From an uncultured delta proteobacterium (GTDB taxonomy: Bacteria; Myxococcota_A; Polyangia; Polyangiales; Polyangiaceae): a DNA stretch of 64,000 bases. The stretch is from positions 1,408,001 through 1,472,000 of the forward strand of contig CAVOKF010000005.1 of the NCBI GenBank assembly GCA_963696385.1. Direction: 5' to 3'. The translations under genes were made by a program, and so were the position numbers. This document shows, one piece after another, positions 49,652 to 59,785 of this stretch; position 1 is the stretch's first letter; every line of letters begins with the position of its first letter. Below the pieces are notes generated by a model. That model was not told the DNA's origin. It made no database searches and saw only the letters and a program-made list of their open reading frames with translations.

Positions 49652-50725
49652 CTACGGCTCATCATCGAGGTCCCCTGTGGGCGGTGCGCTAGGGATGACG
49701 GTGGACGGATCATCGAGGTCCCCTGTGGGCGGTGCGCTAGGGATGACGGTGGACGGATCATCGAGGTCCCCTGTGGGCGGTGCGCTAGGGATGACGGTGG
49801 ACGGATCATCGAGGTCCCCTGTGGGCGGTGCGTCGGGGATGTCGGTGTCGCGGTTTTCGCCGTCGACGTCTGCCGGGGCGCCTGCGGGCTCATCGGCCCG
49901 ATCGAGTTCGGGCGTGCGCAGAGTGTCTGGTTCGGTGAACGCCGCGCCCAGTCCCTCGTCCGCAACCCGTCGCGAGTCCTCCGAGAGCTCCGTGAATTCG
50001 CGCAGCGTCGGCAGGTCCTTGAGCGACTTGAGCCCGAAGAATTGGAGAAAGTGCGTCGTGGTTCCGTAGAGCAGGGGTCGGCCCGGCTCATCCTTCTTTC
50101 CGAGGATCCGCAACAAGTCGCGCTCGAGGAGGAGTTTGATGGTCGCGCCGCTGTCGACCCCACGAATCTCGTCAATCTCGGGACGCGTTATCGGTTGCCG
50201 ATAGGCCGCGATGGCCAGCGTCTCGACCTGTGCGCGAGTGAGCTTCACCGGGCGCTCGGCGCTCAAGTCGCGGACGAACGGAGCGAACTGAACGCTGGTG
50301 CGAAATGCCCAGCCCCCCGCAATCTCGTCGAGCACGATCCCACGTTGGCCGTAGTGCTCCTTCAGTTCGCGCATCATCACCTTGACGTGCTTGAGCGGTG
50401 CAGAAGCCATCTTCGCGAGCTCAGCGGAAGGTTGGGGCTTGTCGCTGGCGAAGACGAGGGCTTCCAGCAGGCCGCGCAAATGCTCGTGGGAAAGGTCACG
50501 AGCCTGCTCGACGTCCGGCGAGACGTCTTCGTCGACGCAACGGGCGACCGACGGCCCGGGCTCCGTGACCTCGCGAGACTCGCCGGAATCCGACTCGGTG
50601 GCGGGCGGGATCGGGGGAGGCGCGATGGCCTCGTGCGGTCTGCCTGCCGCGTTTTCCGCGTTCGCTCGGGCCGCGTCGAAAGCAGCGAGCTCGGATGAGC
50701 CGCCCCCGCTTTTCTGCGGGCTCAC
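49652..50725 (-). CDS. scpB: SMC-Scp complex subunit ScpB with repetitive acidic tail
   Basis: LEALVFAS, ETLAIAAYRQPITR, IRGVDS, PGRPLLYGTT, FGLKSLKDLP. Confidence 0.95.
   Translation of the reverse strand: MSPQKSGGGSSELAAFDAARANAENAAGRPHEAIAPPPIPPATESDSGESREVTEPGPSVARCVDEDVSPDVEQARDLSHEHLRGLLEALVFASDKPQPSAELAKMASAPLKHVKVMMRELKEHYGQRGIVLDEIAGGWAFRTSVQFAPFVRDLSAERPVKLTRAQVETLAIAAYRQPITRPEIDEIRGVDSGATIKLLLERDLLRILGKKDEPGRPLLYGTTTHFLQFFGLKSLKDLPTLREFTELSEDSRRVADEGLGAAFTEPDTLRTPELDRADEPAGAPADVDGENRDTDIPDAPPTGDLDDPSTVIPSAPPTGDLDDPSTVIPSAPPTGDLDDPSTVIPSAPPTGDLDDEP
49661..49832. repeat. Perfect 48-bp tandem repeat, about 3.6 copies
   Basis: atcatcgaggtcccctgtgggcggtgcgctagggatgacggtggacgg at 49661, 49709 and 49757, with a 28-bp partial copy at 49805. 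Confidence 0.97.
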
Positions 50726-51513
50726 CGCGGGTCTCCCTTGCCGTCGTCGGTGATGGCGATTTCGACGTAAAGCGGTCCGAGGGGCTCACTTTGGAAGAGG
50801 CGCGTCATTTTGAGGCGGGTCATCTCGAGGAGGGCCAAAAATGTGATCACCATGTCGAACTTCGTCGCGGATCCTTCGAACATCTCTTCGAACGCGAGTC
50901 GCTTTCGCGCAGTGACGAGATCGAACAGCTCACCAATCCGATCCGTGACGCTGATTCGATCCGCAACGATGTCGTGCGACAATTTGATCTTGCTTCGGTC
51001 CAGCACGCGCTGAAACGCATCGACCAGGACGAAGAGCGGGACGTCGCTGAGAGGCGGCAATCCCTTCCGAGTCGCCTCTTCAACGGCCATGCCACGCGGA
51101 AACACGTCGCGGCCGGCAACGCCACGGGAGGCGAGCTGCTCGCCAGCGTGTTTGTATTTCTGGTACTCGAGCAAGCGGCGGATGAGGGCTTCGCGCGGAT
51201 CGATTTCCTCGAGGTTCTCTGGGTCATCGTCCTGCCCGGGCGGTGGCACCGGCAACAGCATCTTCGACTTGATGTGCGCCAGCGTCGCGGCCATCACGAG
51301 GTACTCGGACGCAACGTCGAGCTGGATGAGTTGCATGACCGCGAGATAATCCAAGTATTTTTCGGTCACGAACGAGATCGGAATGTCCAGGATGTTGAGC
51401 TCGTGCTTTTGGCAAAGGTGCAGCAGCAAGTCGAGCGGGCCCTCGAACTGCGGAAGATGCACAGACCAAGGTGCTGCGCCAGAACCGGAATCGGAGGCTT
51501 CGCCGTCGGACAC
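50722..51513 (-). CDS. scpA: Segregation and condensation protein A
   Basis: FEGPLDLLLHL, EYLVMAATLAHIKSKMLLP, TFLALLEM. Confidence 0.96.
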   Translation of the reverse strand: MSDGEASDSGSGAAPWSVHLPQFEGPLDLLLHLCQKHELNILDIPISFVTEKYLDYLAVMQLIQLDVASEYLVMAATLAHIKSKMLLPVPPPGQDDDPENLEEIDPREALIRRLLEYQKYKHAGEQLASRGVAGRDVFPRGMAVEEATRKGLPPLSDVPLFVLVDAFQRVLDRSKIKLSHDIVADRISVTDRIGELFDLVTARKRLAFEEMFEGSATKFDMVITFLALLEMTRLKMTRLFQSEPLGPLYVEIAITDDGKGDPR

Positions 51514-51631
51514 GATGGGGCGAACACCTTAGGCAAAGCACACGGGCGGAAGCAACGGGCGCCTGGGGAGGCGCGGGGAGCGCCCCGCGAAGAACCGCCC
51601 CGCGTGCGCGGACAGGGCCGCTGAGGCTACC

Positions 51632-53875
51632 ATGGGCGCGGTGGTACCCGACGGCACACGGCGAGCGGGGGTCGACGGAGCGACGCCCAAAGCTTGTCCG
51701 TCGTGCGGAACGCGATACGCCGCAGACGCGCTCTTTTGCTCGCTCGACGGCGCGCCCCTGACGACCTCACCGGGTGCCATCGCGGCGGCCGCGGCGAGTG
51801 ACCCGTACCTGGGTCGCGAGATTCTCGGCCACATCGAGATCCGACAACTCGTCGGAATCGGCGCGATGGGGCGCGTCTACCGTGCATTTCAGAGGGGCAT
51901 CGATCGCGACGTGGCCGTGAAGGTCCTCCACCGCGAGCTCTCTGCGAATCAAACGCTTGTCGCGCGGTTTCAGCGGGAGGCGAAGGTGGCGTCGCGACTT
52001 GCGCATCCCCATGTCGTGCACGTCTTGCTCGTCGGGCAGCTGCCGGACGGCGCCATCTACATCGTCATGGAGTATCTCGACGGCATTTCTCTGCAGAGCG
52101 CTTTGGCCGCTGCGGGCGGGGCCATGCCCCTGCCGCGATCCCTGCACATCGCGTTGCAGTTGTGCGACGCCGCCGGCGAGGCGCACGCTCAAGGAATCGT
52201 TCATCGCGACCTCAAGCCTGAAAACGTGATGTTGGTTCTTCGCGCGGACGATCCGGATTTCGTCAAGGTGCTCGACTTCGGCATCGCCCGCCTCAACTGG
52301 GACGAGCCGTCGACGTCCACTCAGGCGGGGCTGATCTTTGGGACGGCGCGTTACATCTCGCCGGAGGGAGCTCAGGGCGACCGGGTGGGGCCCCAGGGGG
52401 ACGTCTACTCGATCGCCACGATGACGTATCAGATGCTGTCGGGCCGGACGCCGTTCGATGCGGACCAGACCGTGGCGCTTCTCGTTCAGCAAATTCACGA
52501 TGCGCCGCCTAGCCTCAAGGGCATCGAGCGATCGTCGTACGTTCCGGATCTCGTCGCCTCGGTCGTCATGCGGAACCTGTCGAAGAGGGCCGACGAGCGC
52601 TCCACGGATGCGCGCGCGTTCGGTCGCTCGTTGCTCGAAGCGGCGGTCAGCAGCGGGTTGAGCGCGCAGGACATTCTGGCCAGGCCAGCCCTGCTCGGAG
52701 GCGGCCGTGCTTCCCATGCGAGCGTCGTTCAAATGCCGTCGATGCAGCGCACCAAACAACTTACCCTCGAGCCCAGCGTTGCGGCTCGGATTGAAGCGGC
52801 ACCCCGGCAGGGGCGCGCCTCGGAGCCGGGCGACCGAGGCATTCACCCGACGGCCTACGAGACACCCGCGCTCCTGGAGCCGGAAGACGTGGGCCGGCTG
52901 ACCACGCGAACCGAGATTACCGATCCGGCGGGTGCGCCTCCTACCGCTGAAACGACGAGATGGTCGCCCCCCGCGGGCTTCGGCGTCAGGCTCGCCAAAC
53001 CGCCATGGGCCGACGTTGACGCGACGATGGACGACCAGCAAGCGTCGCGCGCCGTCGCCGGACCCGGTCGCGTCACCCAGCCGCCCGCCTCCCAGGTGCC
53101 CTTATCCTCGTCGGGGATTGGGCGTGCCCCCCCCACCACGAACGCGCCTTCATTCTCCGTCGACGCCACCCTCGCGGGAGACAAGGCCGCCGTCCACGGC
53201 TCTCCGGCAAATCGCCGAAGGGTGCTGCTCATCGCGTCGATCCTCGGCGTCGGCGTCGGCATGGCCGGCTTGGTCTGGCGCGGGCTTTCGAGCCGGGCTC
53301 CGATGGGCGCCGCGCCGTCCGTGGCGGAGCTCCCGCATGCCGATCTGGCCGCAGTCGCTCCCGCCAGTCCTCTTGGGGAACCGTCCGAGACGGACTCTGC
53401 CCGTGCATTGGCCACACACGTGCTTCCGGCGTCCGAGGGGTCCGTCGTTCCTCCGCTGGCGCGCGTGTCTGGGCCGCCGTCCGCTTTGGTCCCGTCCCCC
53501 GCCACAGCGCTGCGAGTGGTTCTGGAGACGTCAAGCAATCAGCCAGTCCCGGGGCAGCCCGTCGACTTCGAGGCCCGAATCGTGGGCGGGGTCGGAGCAC
53601 GAAAAGTGGAAGCCGCGCGGTTTCGGATTGTTGGACCGGGACTCGCGGCGGGGACCGAGCTGCCTTCGCCGGACGATGGCTCAGGCGTCTTTCGGACAAC
53701 ATTTACGTTTCTGCAGCCCGGGCGTTTCGACGTGCGATTCGGGGCGCGCGCCGACGGTGTGTCCGTGGGAGCGTCGCGCGCCGTGTCGGTCGGAGACGGT
53801 GCTGCGTCGCCTTCAGCCACCCCCGCCCCGACCGAGACGATCGCAAAGCCGCAGCAAACAGGGAAATGGCTGTGA
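51632..53875 (+). CDS. Membrane Ser/Thr kinase with N-terminal zinc-ribbon-like motif and extracytoplasmic Ig-like domain
   Basis: CPSC...FCSLDG; GIGAMGRVY, HRDLKPEN, DFG, GTARYISPE; TM helix; beta-rich C-terminus. Confidence 0.93.
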   Translation: MGAVVPDGTRRAGVDGATPKACPSCGTRYAADALFCSLDGAPLTTSPGAIAAAAASDPYLGREILGHIEIRQLVGIGAMGRVYRAFQRGIDRDVAVKVLHRELSANQTLVARFQREAKVASRLAHPHVVHVLLVGQLPDGAIYIVMEYLDGISLQSALAAAGGAMPLPRSLHIALQLCDAAGEAHAQGIVHRDLKPENVMLVLRADDPDFVKVLDFGIARLNWDEPSTSTQAGLIFGTARYISPEGAQGDRVGPQGDVYSIATMTYQMLSGRTPFDADQTVALLVQQIHDAPPSLKGIERSSYVPDLVASVVMRNLSKRADERSTDARAFGRSLLEAAVSSGLSAQDILARPALLGGGRASHASVVQMPSMQRTKQLTLEPSVAARIEAAPRQGRASEPGDRGIHPTAYETPALLEPEDVGRLTTRTEITDPAGAPPTAETTRWSPPAGFGVRLAKPPWADVDATMDDQQASRAVAGPGRVTQPPASQVPLSSSGIGRAPPTTNAPSFSVDATLAGDKAAVHGSPANRRRVLLIASILGVGVGMAGLVWRGLSSRAPMGAAPSVAELPHADLAAVAPASPLGEPSETDSARALATHVLPASEGSVVPPLARVSGPPSALVPSPATALRVVLETSSNQPVPGQPVDFEARIVGGVGARKVEAARFRIVGPGLAAGTELPSPDDGSGVFRTTFTFLQPGRFDVRFGARADGVSVGASRAVSVGDGAASPSATPAPTETIAKPQQTGKWL

Positions 53876-54612
53876 AGCTTCACGCGATCGCTGCCTTGCC
53901 GTTCATGACGGCAATGGCCAGTGCCGTGCGCGCGGACGACACGCGCGAACCGACCTCCGTGCTTGACCGTCCGCACACGATCGCCGTGCTCGAGGCGGGC
54001 ATCATCGCTCTGCCGAGCGCCCCCATCTCGGCGTCGAACCGCGGCGGTTCGACGCCTCTCGGAAGTGTAGGCAATGGCGACGCGACCGTTCAAACCGGCA
54101 TTCACCTGCTGTACCGCCCCAGTCGCGACTGGGCCGTTGGCGCTGGAGCTATTTTCGCACCTCATCCGACGAGCGACGACAATTACTTGGCTCCGAGCCT
54201 TCCCAAGCGCACGCACTCTCGAAGCTACCTATTTCTCGGCGGCGAAGGAAGGTACTATCCTTTTCACACTCGGTGGTTCGAAGCCTGGGTGGGGGCGACG
54301 GCGGGCAGCATCATCATCGCCGATCGGTTTACGACGGATGACGTTCCGGCGGTTCCGACATTTCTCGGCACCCCCACGGTAACGGTGTCGACCGAGGGTT
54401 TTTCCGTCGGCATCCAGGCCGGAGCGGACTACCTCATTACCGACCAGTGGGTTGTCGGTTTCGCCTTGCGGGCCGATCGTTGGTTTCTCCCTGCCGAAAA
54501 GCCGTTCTCTCAAGAGACGTCGTGCGACCCGCTCGGGGACTGTCCGACTCTGACCGGGTCGGTGGCCGCGTTCGAAGGCGGCATTACGATCGGATATCAA
54601 TTGCCGCTCTGA
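53866..54612 (+). CDS. Exported protein, probable outer-membrane beta-barrel
   Basis: Signal ending VRA; amphipathic strands; ends GITIGYQLPL; overlaps the kinase end. Confidence 0.65.
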   Translation: MAVKLHAIAALPFMTAMASAVRADDTREPTSVLDRPHTIAVLEAGIIALPSAPISASNRGGSTPLGSVGNGDATVQTGIHLLYRPSRDWAVGAGAIFAPHPTSDDNYLAPSLPKRTHSRSYLFLGGEGRYYPFHTRWFEAWVGATAGSIIIADRFTTDDVPAVPTFLGTPTVTVSTEGFSVGIQAGADYLITDQWVVGFALRADRWFLPAEKPFSQETSCDPLGDCPTLTGSVAAFEGGITIGYQLPL

Positions 54613-54674
54613 CGTGGCGACGGTCGCCGGCATTTCCGCCAGCGCCGCCGTGCGGCGCGCTGCAGCGGTTCCGC

Positions 54675-55409
54675 TCACGGCATGGTCATGATGGCTTTCT
54701 CCAACACCCCAGCGAATCGCTCGAAAACGATGCCTATCACCACGAGTGTTCCGAGCGCACGAACGGGGGCGATCAGGGCGTGCACGTGGGCGGGCGATGC
54801 CGCCCGTGCAACCAGGGCTGCCGCGATCTCGAGGACCACACTTGCGGCCAGCAGGGGGCCTGCCAGCGCGACCGCAAGCCAGATGCCACTGACGATATCG
54901 TCTCGAGCGGCAAGCAGCGGGTGGGCGCCCCCGGGATGACGTGCCAGGAGCGCCGCGACGCGCGCCGGCCGCCCGGAGGCGAGGAACATGGCGCTTGCCA
55001 AAAGCGAGATCGGGATGCCGAGGGTCGTCGGCGCACGACCTTCCGTGGTCGATCCACGGAGCGCATCGGGATCGCCGCGAAGCGCATCGGCCAAGCCGCC
55101 GGCCATGGTCGCGGCCCAAAGCGGGATCGCCGCCGCGAGCGCCACGGGAAGCCCCCGCGCCACCTCCGCCAGGCCTTCCAGGACCCATCGTTCCGATGTT
55201 CCCGCCGAGATGGGAGCGATGGCCGCGCATACGCTCGCCGCAAACACCAGGCCGAAAGCAGCCCTGACCGGAACCGGCGTGGCCCGAAGTCCGAACGCAG
55301 GGACGATCACGATCGACGGCATGACCCGCGCCCAGGCGAGTCCCAAGCCGCCGATGTCGATCCCCTGGGTGGCAAGCTCGTCGAGTATCGGTTCAATCGA
55401 CGGAGTCAT
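54675..55409 (-). CDS. Type III export apparatus protein, SctT/EscT/FliR family (divergent)
   Basis: ARVMPSIVIVPAFG...PVPVR, EVARGL, AGGLADALRG, AVALAGPLLAASVVLEIAAALVARAASP. Confidence 0.78.
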   Translation of the reverse strand: MTPSIEPILDELATQGIDIGGLGLAWARVMPSIVIVPAFGLRATPVPVRAAFGLVFAASVCAAIAPISAGTSERWVLEGLAEVARGLPVALAAAIPLWAATMAGGLADALRGDPDALRGSTTEGRAPTTLGIPISLLASAMFLASGRPARVAALLARHPGGAHPLLAARDDIVSGIWLAVALAGPLLAASVVLEIAAALVARAASPAHVHALIAPVRALGTLVVIGIVFERFAGVLEKAIMTMP

Positions 55410-55532
55410 CGGTCGGCATCGACGCGCGCGCCGAGTCGGTTGTCAAGGCAGTCTTCTGCTCTTCGCGTTGCCGTACTTGCGCGTCAGCAATCAGTTGCCA
55501 CATAGTGGGCCGTGCCCAAGCGACATGGTTCC

Positions 55533-55799
55533 ATGACGGCGCCTGCCGTTGGCTTGGACGTCGATCCCAAGTCCGGAGTCTTCACTCACCGGCTGCCGGT
55601 CGAGAGCGTACCTCGACTCGTTCTCTCTGCGGCCGAAGTTCGGGCCTTGCCGCTCGATCACCGGGCGGGCTTCATCATGTGGTTGATCGACGGCCGATCG
55701 AGCGTCGAAGACGTCCTCGACGGTTGCGCGATGCCGATGGACGAGGCGATCGCAATTCTGCGCGCACTCGCCGCGATGGGCGTCATCGCCTTCGATTGA
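55533..55799 (+). CDS. Small hypothetical protein (winged-helix-like)
   Basis: LPLDHRAGFIMWLIDGRSSVEDVLD...AILRALAAMGVI. Confidence 0.65.
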   Translation: MTAPAVGLDVDPKSGVFTHRLPVESVPRLVLSAAEVRALPLDHRAGFIMWLIDGRSSVEDVLDGCAMPMDEAIAILRALAAMGVIAFD

Positions 55800-55828
55800 A
55801 GGAGGCTACGGTTTGGATGGGGGGACGT

Positions 55829-56116
55829 TCATGTCACCGAATGCCCCAACTTCTTCTTGCCATCCTGAAAGAGGACGTCGATCCGGGTCGCTTCGACGCC
55901 TAGGACGAGTCCTCTTCCGAACTTCGGATGCAAAATGAGATCGCCCTTCGAGTACCGTGAGGCGAGCATGAAGGGGATGAACGAGCCGTCGGGCTTGGCT
56001 TCGACGTCCGCCCAGGTTGGTTCTGCTTCCGCTGGTTTGGCCCAAGCGGGCGCGTCGTCGTCTTCAGACGGGCGGCTCGGGCCCGAGTTGCGTTGTTTGC
56101 TGCGTTTCATCGACAT
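55829..56116 (-). CDS. Small hypothetical protein with Tudor/SH3-like C-terminus (resembles the PcrA/UvrD C-terminal domain)
   Basis: YSKGDLILHPKFGRGLV...IDVLFQDGKKKL. Confidence 0.65.
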   Translation of the reverse strand: MSMKRSKQRNSGPSRPSEDDDAPAWAKPAEAEPTWADVEAKPDGSFIPFMLASRYSKGDLILHPKFGRGLVLGVEATRIDVLFQDGKKKLGHSVT

Positions 56117-56185
56117 GGCGATCCGCCCTGTAGCGCAGATCGGCCCCGCTGGGGAGAACCGAGTCGTCGCGGTAGCATCGCCCCG

Positions 56186-56962
56186 ATGTTCGTGACGGCG
56201 GCACGTATCTATCGGGAGACGAGGAAAAGGCACGATCAGCTGTTCAACACCTATGCGATGCGTCCGATTGCGGCGCTCGTCGTGGCCGCCGTCGCGCCGT
56301 CACGCGTGACGCCGAACCAGCTGACTCTGGTCAACCTGGGCATTTTCATCATCGCGGTCGCGATGCTCGTGGCCCTACCGTCCTGGGGAGGGGGACTGGC
56401 TGCGATAGCCGTGCTCGAAGTGAGCTATTGTTTCGATTGCGCGGATGGCATGCTCGCTCGCTACAAGAAGCTGGCTTCCAAGGTGGGGCATCTCTTCGAC
56501 TTTTTCACGGACGAACTCAAGGCGGTCTTGCTCGTAGCCGCGCTCGCCGTGCGGGGATGGCTCATGGGGGGCTTTGGCGTCGATGCGAGAGTCTGGGCCG
56601 CGCACGACGCACGCTTTCTGTTCGGAGGTTTGGTCGGCGTCGTCGTCGTCGCCTCTGCCATCTCCCTCACCAATTTCGTTCGCCGTCCGGAACTTTCGGG
56701 GCGCGAAACGACGGTCGAAGCGTTTTACGAGGCCAACGTGTCGGCGCCACCAGAAAAGACCCATCCGCCCACGTCCGCCGCGCGTGCCGCGTCGCTCATC
56801 GCGACGTTCCTCCGCTGGCTCAATCACTATCCCAGCCACATTTGGCTCTGGGCCGTTGCGGGCCGGATGGACGCCTACTTTTGGATTTACCTGGCTATGA
56901 ACTCGGCTTACCTGGCACGCGGTTGGCTCGGGCTGCTGCTGCGATTCGGCCGTGTCGGATGA
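56186..56962 (+). CDS. CDP-alcohol phosphatidyltransferase family protein
   Basis: TPNQLT; DCADGMLAR...GHLFDFFTD signature. Confidence 0.9.
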   Translation: MFVTAARIYRETRKRHDQLFNTYAMRPIAALVVAAVAPSRVTPNQLTLVNLGIFIIAVAMLVALPSWGGGLAAIAVLEVSYCFDCADGMLARYKKLASKVGHLFDFFTDELKAVLLVAALAVRGWLMGGFGVDARVWAAHDARFLFGGLVGVVVVASAISLTNFVRRPELSGRETTVEAFYEANVSAPPEKTHPPTSAARAASLIATFLRWLNHYPSHIWLWAVAGRMDAYFWIYLAMNSAYLARGWLGLLLRFGRVG

Positions 56963-57211
56963 CGCCGTCGGGGCAGAGTCGTGTCGGCCCTTCACCGCGT
57001 GAAGACGGTGTCGTCGGGGTCGGACTTTGTGGAGCGAATCCCTACGGTCATGCTGGCGCCACGAAGACGCGTTCCAGCAACACCGACCTTCATCTCCACT
57101 AGCCGGCGCGACGTCTCGAAAGCAAGCTGGATGCTCAGCGTTCGCCCCAGCACCCGCAGTGTCCGCCTCGCCCGCCGCGTTGGCGTCGAGGCGACGTCCG
57201 GATCCGCATCG

Positions 57212-58699
57212 ATGGCCGCAAGGGTCGCCCTCGTCCTGCGGGCGTCGAGTGTCACGATAGCGGCCACGATCCCAGTGGCCGAGACGGCACGCGCCCAGCC
57301 GGAAGCCGTCACGGCGGAGTCCGAGGCTCGCAGTCATCTCATCCTCGCGCGTCGCGCCGCCGCCGCTTCCATGTGGACTGCGGCGCTCGCCGAGTTTACG
57401 CGGTCGAGCGAGCTCGAGCCGTCGGAGGCCTCGGCCGAAGGGATTGCGAGGTCGTACGACGCGCTCCACGACGATGCGGCGGCGTATCGGGCATTCCGAG
57501 GGCTTCTCGACGACTACCCCAAAGACTTGAGTCAGAGTGTGCGGGTCTACGTGGCGGCAAGACTCGGCATCTTGGCCGCCGCGACGGCGATGGTGGTCGT
57601 GCGCGTGAACCAAGCAGAGGCTCGGGTTGTGCTTGACGGCGCCGATCTCGGCGACTCTCCGTTGGTCGATCCGGTTCGCGTGAACGCGGGTCTGCACCGA
57701 GTCCGCGTTACCAAGCGGGGTTTCAAGGACGTCGAGCAAGTGATTCACGCCGTTGCCGGAACGAACGACACGATCTCGATTCTCTTGGTGGCGGCGAGCT
57801 CTCCCGCAGAAGGCGCCCAGAACGGGCTCGGCCCCGTGGAAACGCCCCCGCCGGTTGCGCCGGTCGAGCCTTCGGCCGTCGCCGTCATCACGTTCGACCG
57901 CAGGGGCACGATCGCGATCGACGGTCGAGTCGTGGGAGAGGGTGACTTCCGCGGTCCGATCTCGGTCGGTTTGCACGTCGTGCGGGTGACTCGCTCCGGC
58001 TACGAGCCATTCGAGAAAACGATCGTCGTTCGAGCCGGGGCGCCTGTCGAGCAACGCGTGAAGCTCATCCCCGTCGCCGTCGTCCCCAGAGCGACCGACG
58101 CGCGACCGGACAGACGCGGCGTCTACGGTGGATGGATCGCGCATTTGACGTTGGAGCCTGGAGGCGAGAACGGAGACGTCTGCTCCGTCCCAGGTGTCAC
58201 CCATTGTTCAACCTCGTCGCCGTTGGGGGGTGGGTTGATTGGCTACCTGGGATACCTTGTCGACCCCGTCGGCATGGACGCCCTGTTGGGAATCCAAGCG
58301 GACGCATCGACCGTCAACGCAACCGTTCAAGGTCAAACGGCCAGCGTCCTCGTGCCGCGAGTCGGCGGCATCGTTGCGCTGCGAGCGCGTCTGGAGTGGC
58401 AAGCCGGCTCGTCCCGGCTCGTGATGGCAGCCGGCTTCGGCGCGGCCTTTCGCGAGGTCGGACTCGTGGCCGGAGGGTTCGAGTCTGCGGCGTACTGGGC
58501 GCCTGCGGTGACCGTCCAAGGGGCAGTGAACCTTCGCCTCGGCCACACGACGGCGCTTTCTCTCGGTTTGCTATTCTGGGCGGAGAATGCGGGCGACGGC
58601 GTATCGCTTCAGCTCAAGCCGCTCCCGACATCCGCGCCAGTGCTTCGCTCGACGCAAGCGTTCTTCCTCCCATTCGTCGGCTTGGAGTTCGGTCCGTGA
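57212..58699 (+). CDS. Exported TPR/PEGA-domain protein with beta-rich C-terminus
   Basis: TPR-like helices; GLHRVRVTKRGF and GLHVVRVTRSGY PEGA motifs; ends FVGLEFGP; start uncertain. Confidence 0.78.
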   Translation: MAARVALVLRASSVTIAATIPVAETARAQPEAVTAESEARSHLILARRAAAASMWTAALAEFTRSSELEPSEASAEGIARSYDALHDDAAAYRAFRGLLDDYPKDLSQSVRVYVAARLGILAAATAMVVVRVNQAEARVVLDGADLGDSPLVDPVRVNAGLHRVRVTKRGFKDVEQVIHAVAGTNDTISILLVAASSPAEGAQNGLGPVETPPPVAPVEPSAVAVITFDRRGTIAIDGRVVGEGDFRGPISVGLHVVRVTRSGYEPFEKTIVVRAGAPVEQRVKLIPVAVVPRATDARPDRRGVYGGWIAHLTLEPGGENGDVCSVPGVTHCSTSSPLGGGLIGYLGYLVDPVGMDALLGIQADASTVNATVQGQTASVLVPRVGGIVALRARLEWQAGSSRLVMAAGFGAAFREVGLVAGGFESAAYWAPAVTVQGAVNLRLGHTTALSLGLLFWAENAGDGVSLQLKPLPTSAPVLRSTQAFFLPFVGLEFGP

Positions 58700-59616
58700 C
58701 CCTCCGATCTCGCTCGACTGCAGCCGTCACCCTCGCCATCGCATGGCTGATGGTCTGTGTGTCGGCGCGTGCCCAATCGGAAACCGCCTCGCGGAGCATC
58801 CCGCCGCTCAGCGCGACGCTGCCGGCCGGCGCCGAGGTCGATTACGAAGCGGGACGGCAAAAGCTCGCAGAACACGACTTCGTGGGCGCGTTGTCCCGTT
58901 TCACGAACGCATACCGGCAGGTGCCCGATCCGCGCCTGCTTGCCAACATGGGCCTTTGCGAACAGCGCCTGCAACACTGCGCGCGTGCTACCTCCTTGTT
59001 GGATCGAGCGCTGGCCACGGGCGAGGCGCTGTTCTCGCCGGGGCAGCGGAGCGAGATTCGTGGACTCGTGGACGCGTGTCGATCCCACGTGGGTCGGGTC
59101 GCGATCCGCGTCAGCGAATGGGGCGCAGCAATCTACGTCGATGACCTCGAGGCGGGCCAATCTCCGCTCGCGTCGGAGGTTCTCGTCGATGAGGGAGCCC
59201 ATCGTGTCCGCGTCGCGAAGCCCGGCTACGTCCCTCTCGTCGAAACGGTCTCGGTCCCGCAAGGGGCGCGCGTAGCGGTCGACGCTGTGCTGGAGCCAAT
59301 GACGCGGCTCGGAGCCTTGTCGGTGCGGGTTGGGCCGAACGACGAGATTGCCATCGACGACCGGTTCATGGCCAAAGGGAGCGTTGAAACTCGCGTAGTG
59401 TCCGGGATTCACACCGTCACCGTTACATCCGACGGCAAGCGTCCGTATCGCTCGATCGTTCGGATCGAGGAGGGCCAAACGCGTACGCTCGACGTAACCC
59501 TCGAACCGGACCGACGAGTCCCAACGTGGCTCTGGGCGACCGGCGGAGCGGTGCTCGCAGCCACTCTCGTCGTGGGGATTGCTTCGGTATTCCACTCGTC
59601 CAATCCCGGGCCGTAG
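58696..59616 (+). CDS. Exported TPR/PEGA-domain protein
   Basis: GTGA overlap; signal ending ARA; LLANMGLCE; GAHRVRVAKPGY; C-terminal hydrophobic helix. Confidence 0.8.
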   Translation: MTLRSRSTAAVTLAIAWLMVCVSARAQSETASRSIPPLSATLPAGAEVDYEAGRQKLAEHDFVGALSRFTNAYRQVPDPRLLANMGLCEQRLQHCARATSLLDRALATGEALFSPGQRSEIRGLVDACRSHVGRVAIRVSEWGAAIYVDDLEAGQSPLASEVLVDEGAHRVRVAKPGYVPLVETVSVPQGARVAVDAVLEPMTRLGALSVRVGPNDEIAIDDRFMAKGSVETRVVSGIHTVTVTSDGKRPYRSIVRIEEGQTRTLDVTLEPDRRVPTWLWATGGAVLAATLVVGIASVFHSSNPGP

Positions 59617-59785
59617 CCGACGGCGATCAGCCCGGCGCCGCCGCCCGCCTGGCCGAGCTCCTCGAACATTTGAGTCGTCGGGTCGACGACGCCCCGAATC
59701 GGCCGGCACCCGTCGCCGCTCTGGTCGGTTTACCTAGCTCATTCGCGGGTGTCCGCGGCGTCGGGCAAGGATGCTGCGCGACGGA

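Noticed and set aside
49661..49832. Direct repeats as a CRISPR array
   Set aside because: Units are contiguous with no unique spacers, lie in frame within scpB, and no cas genes are present.
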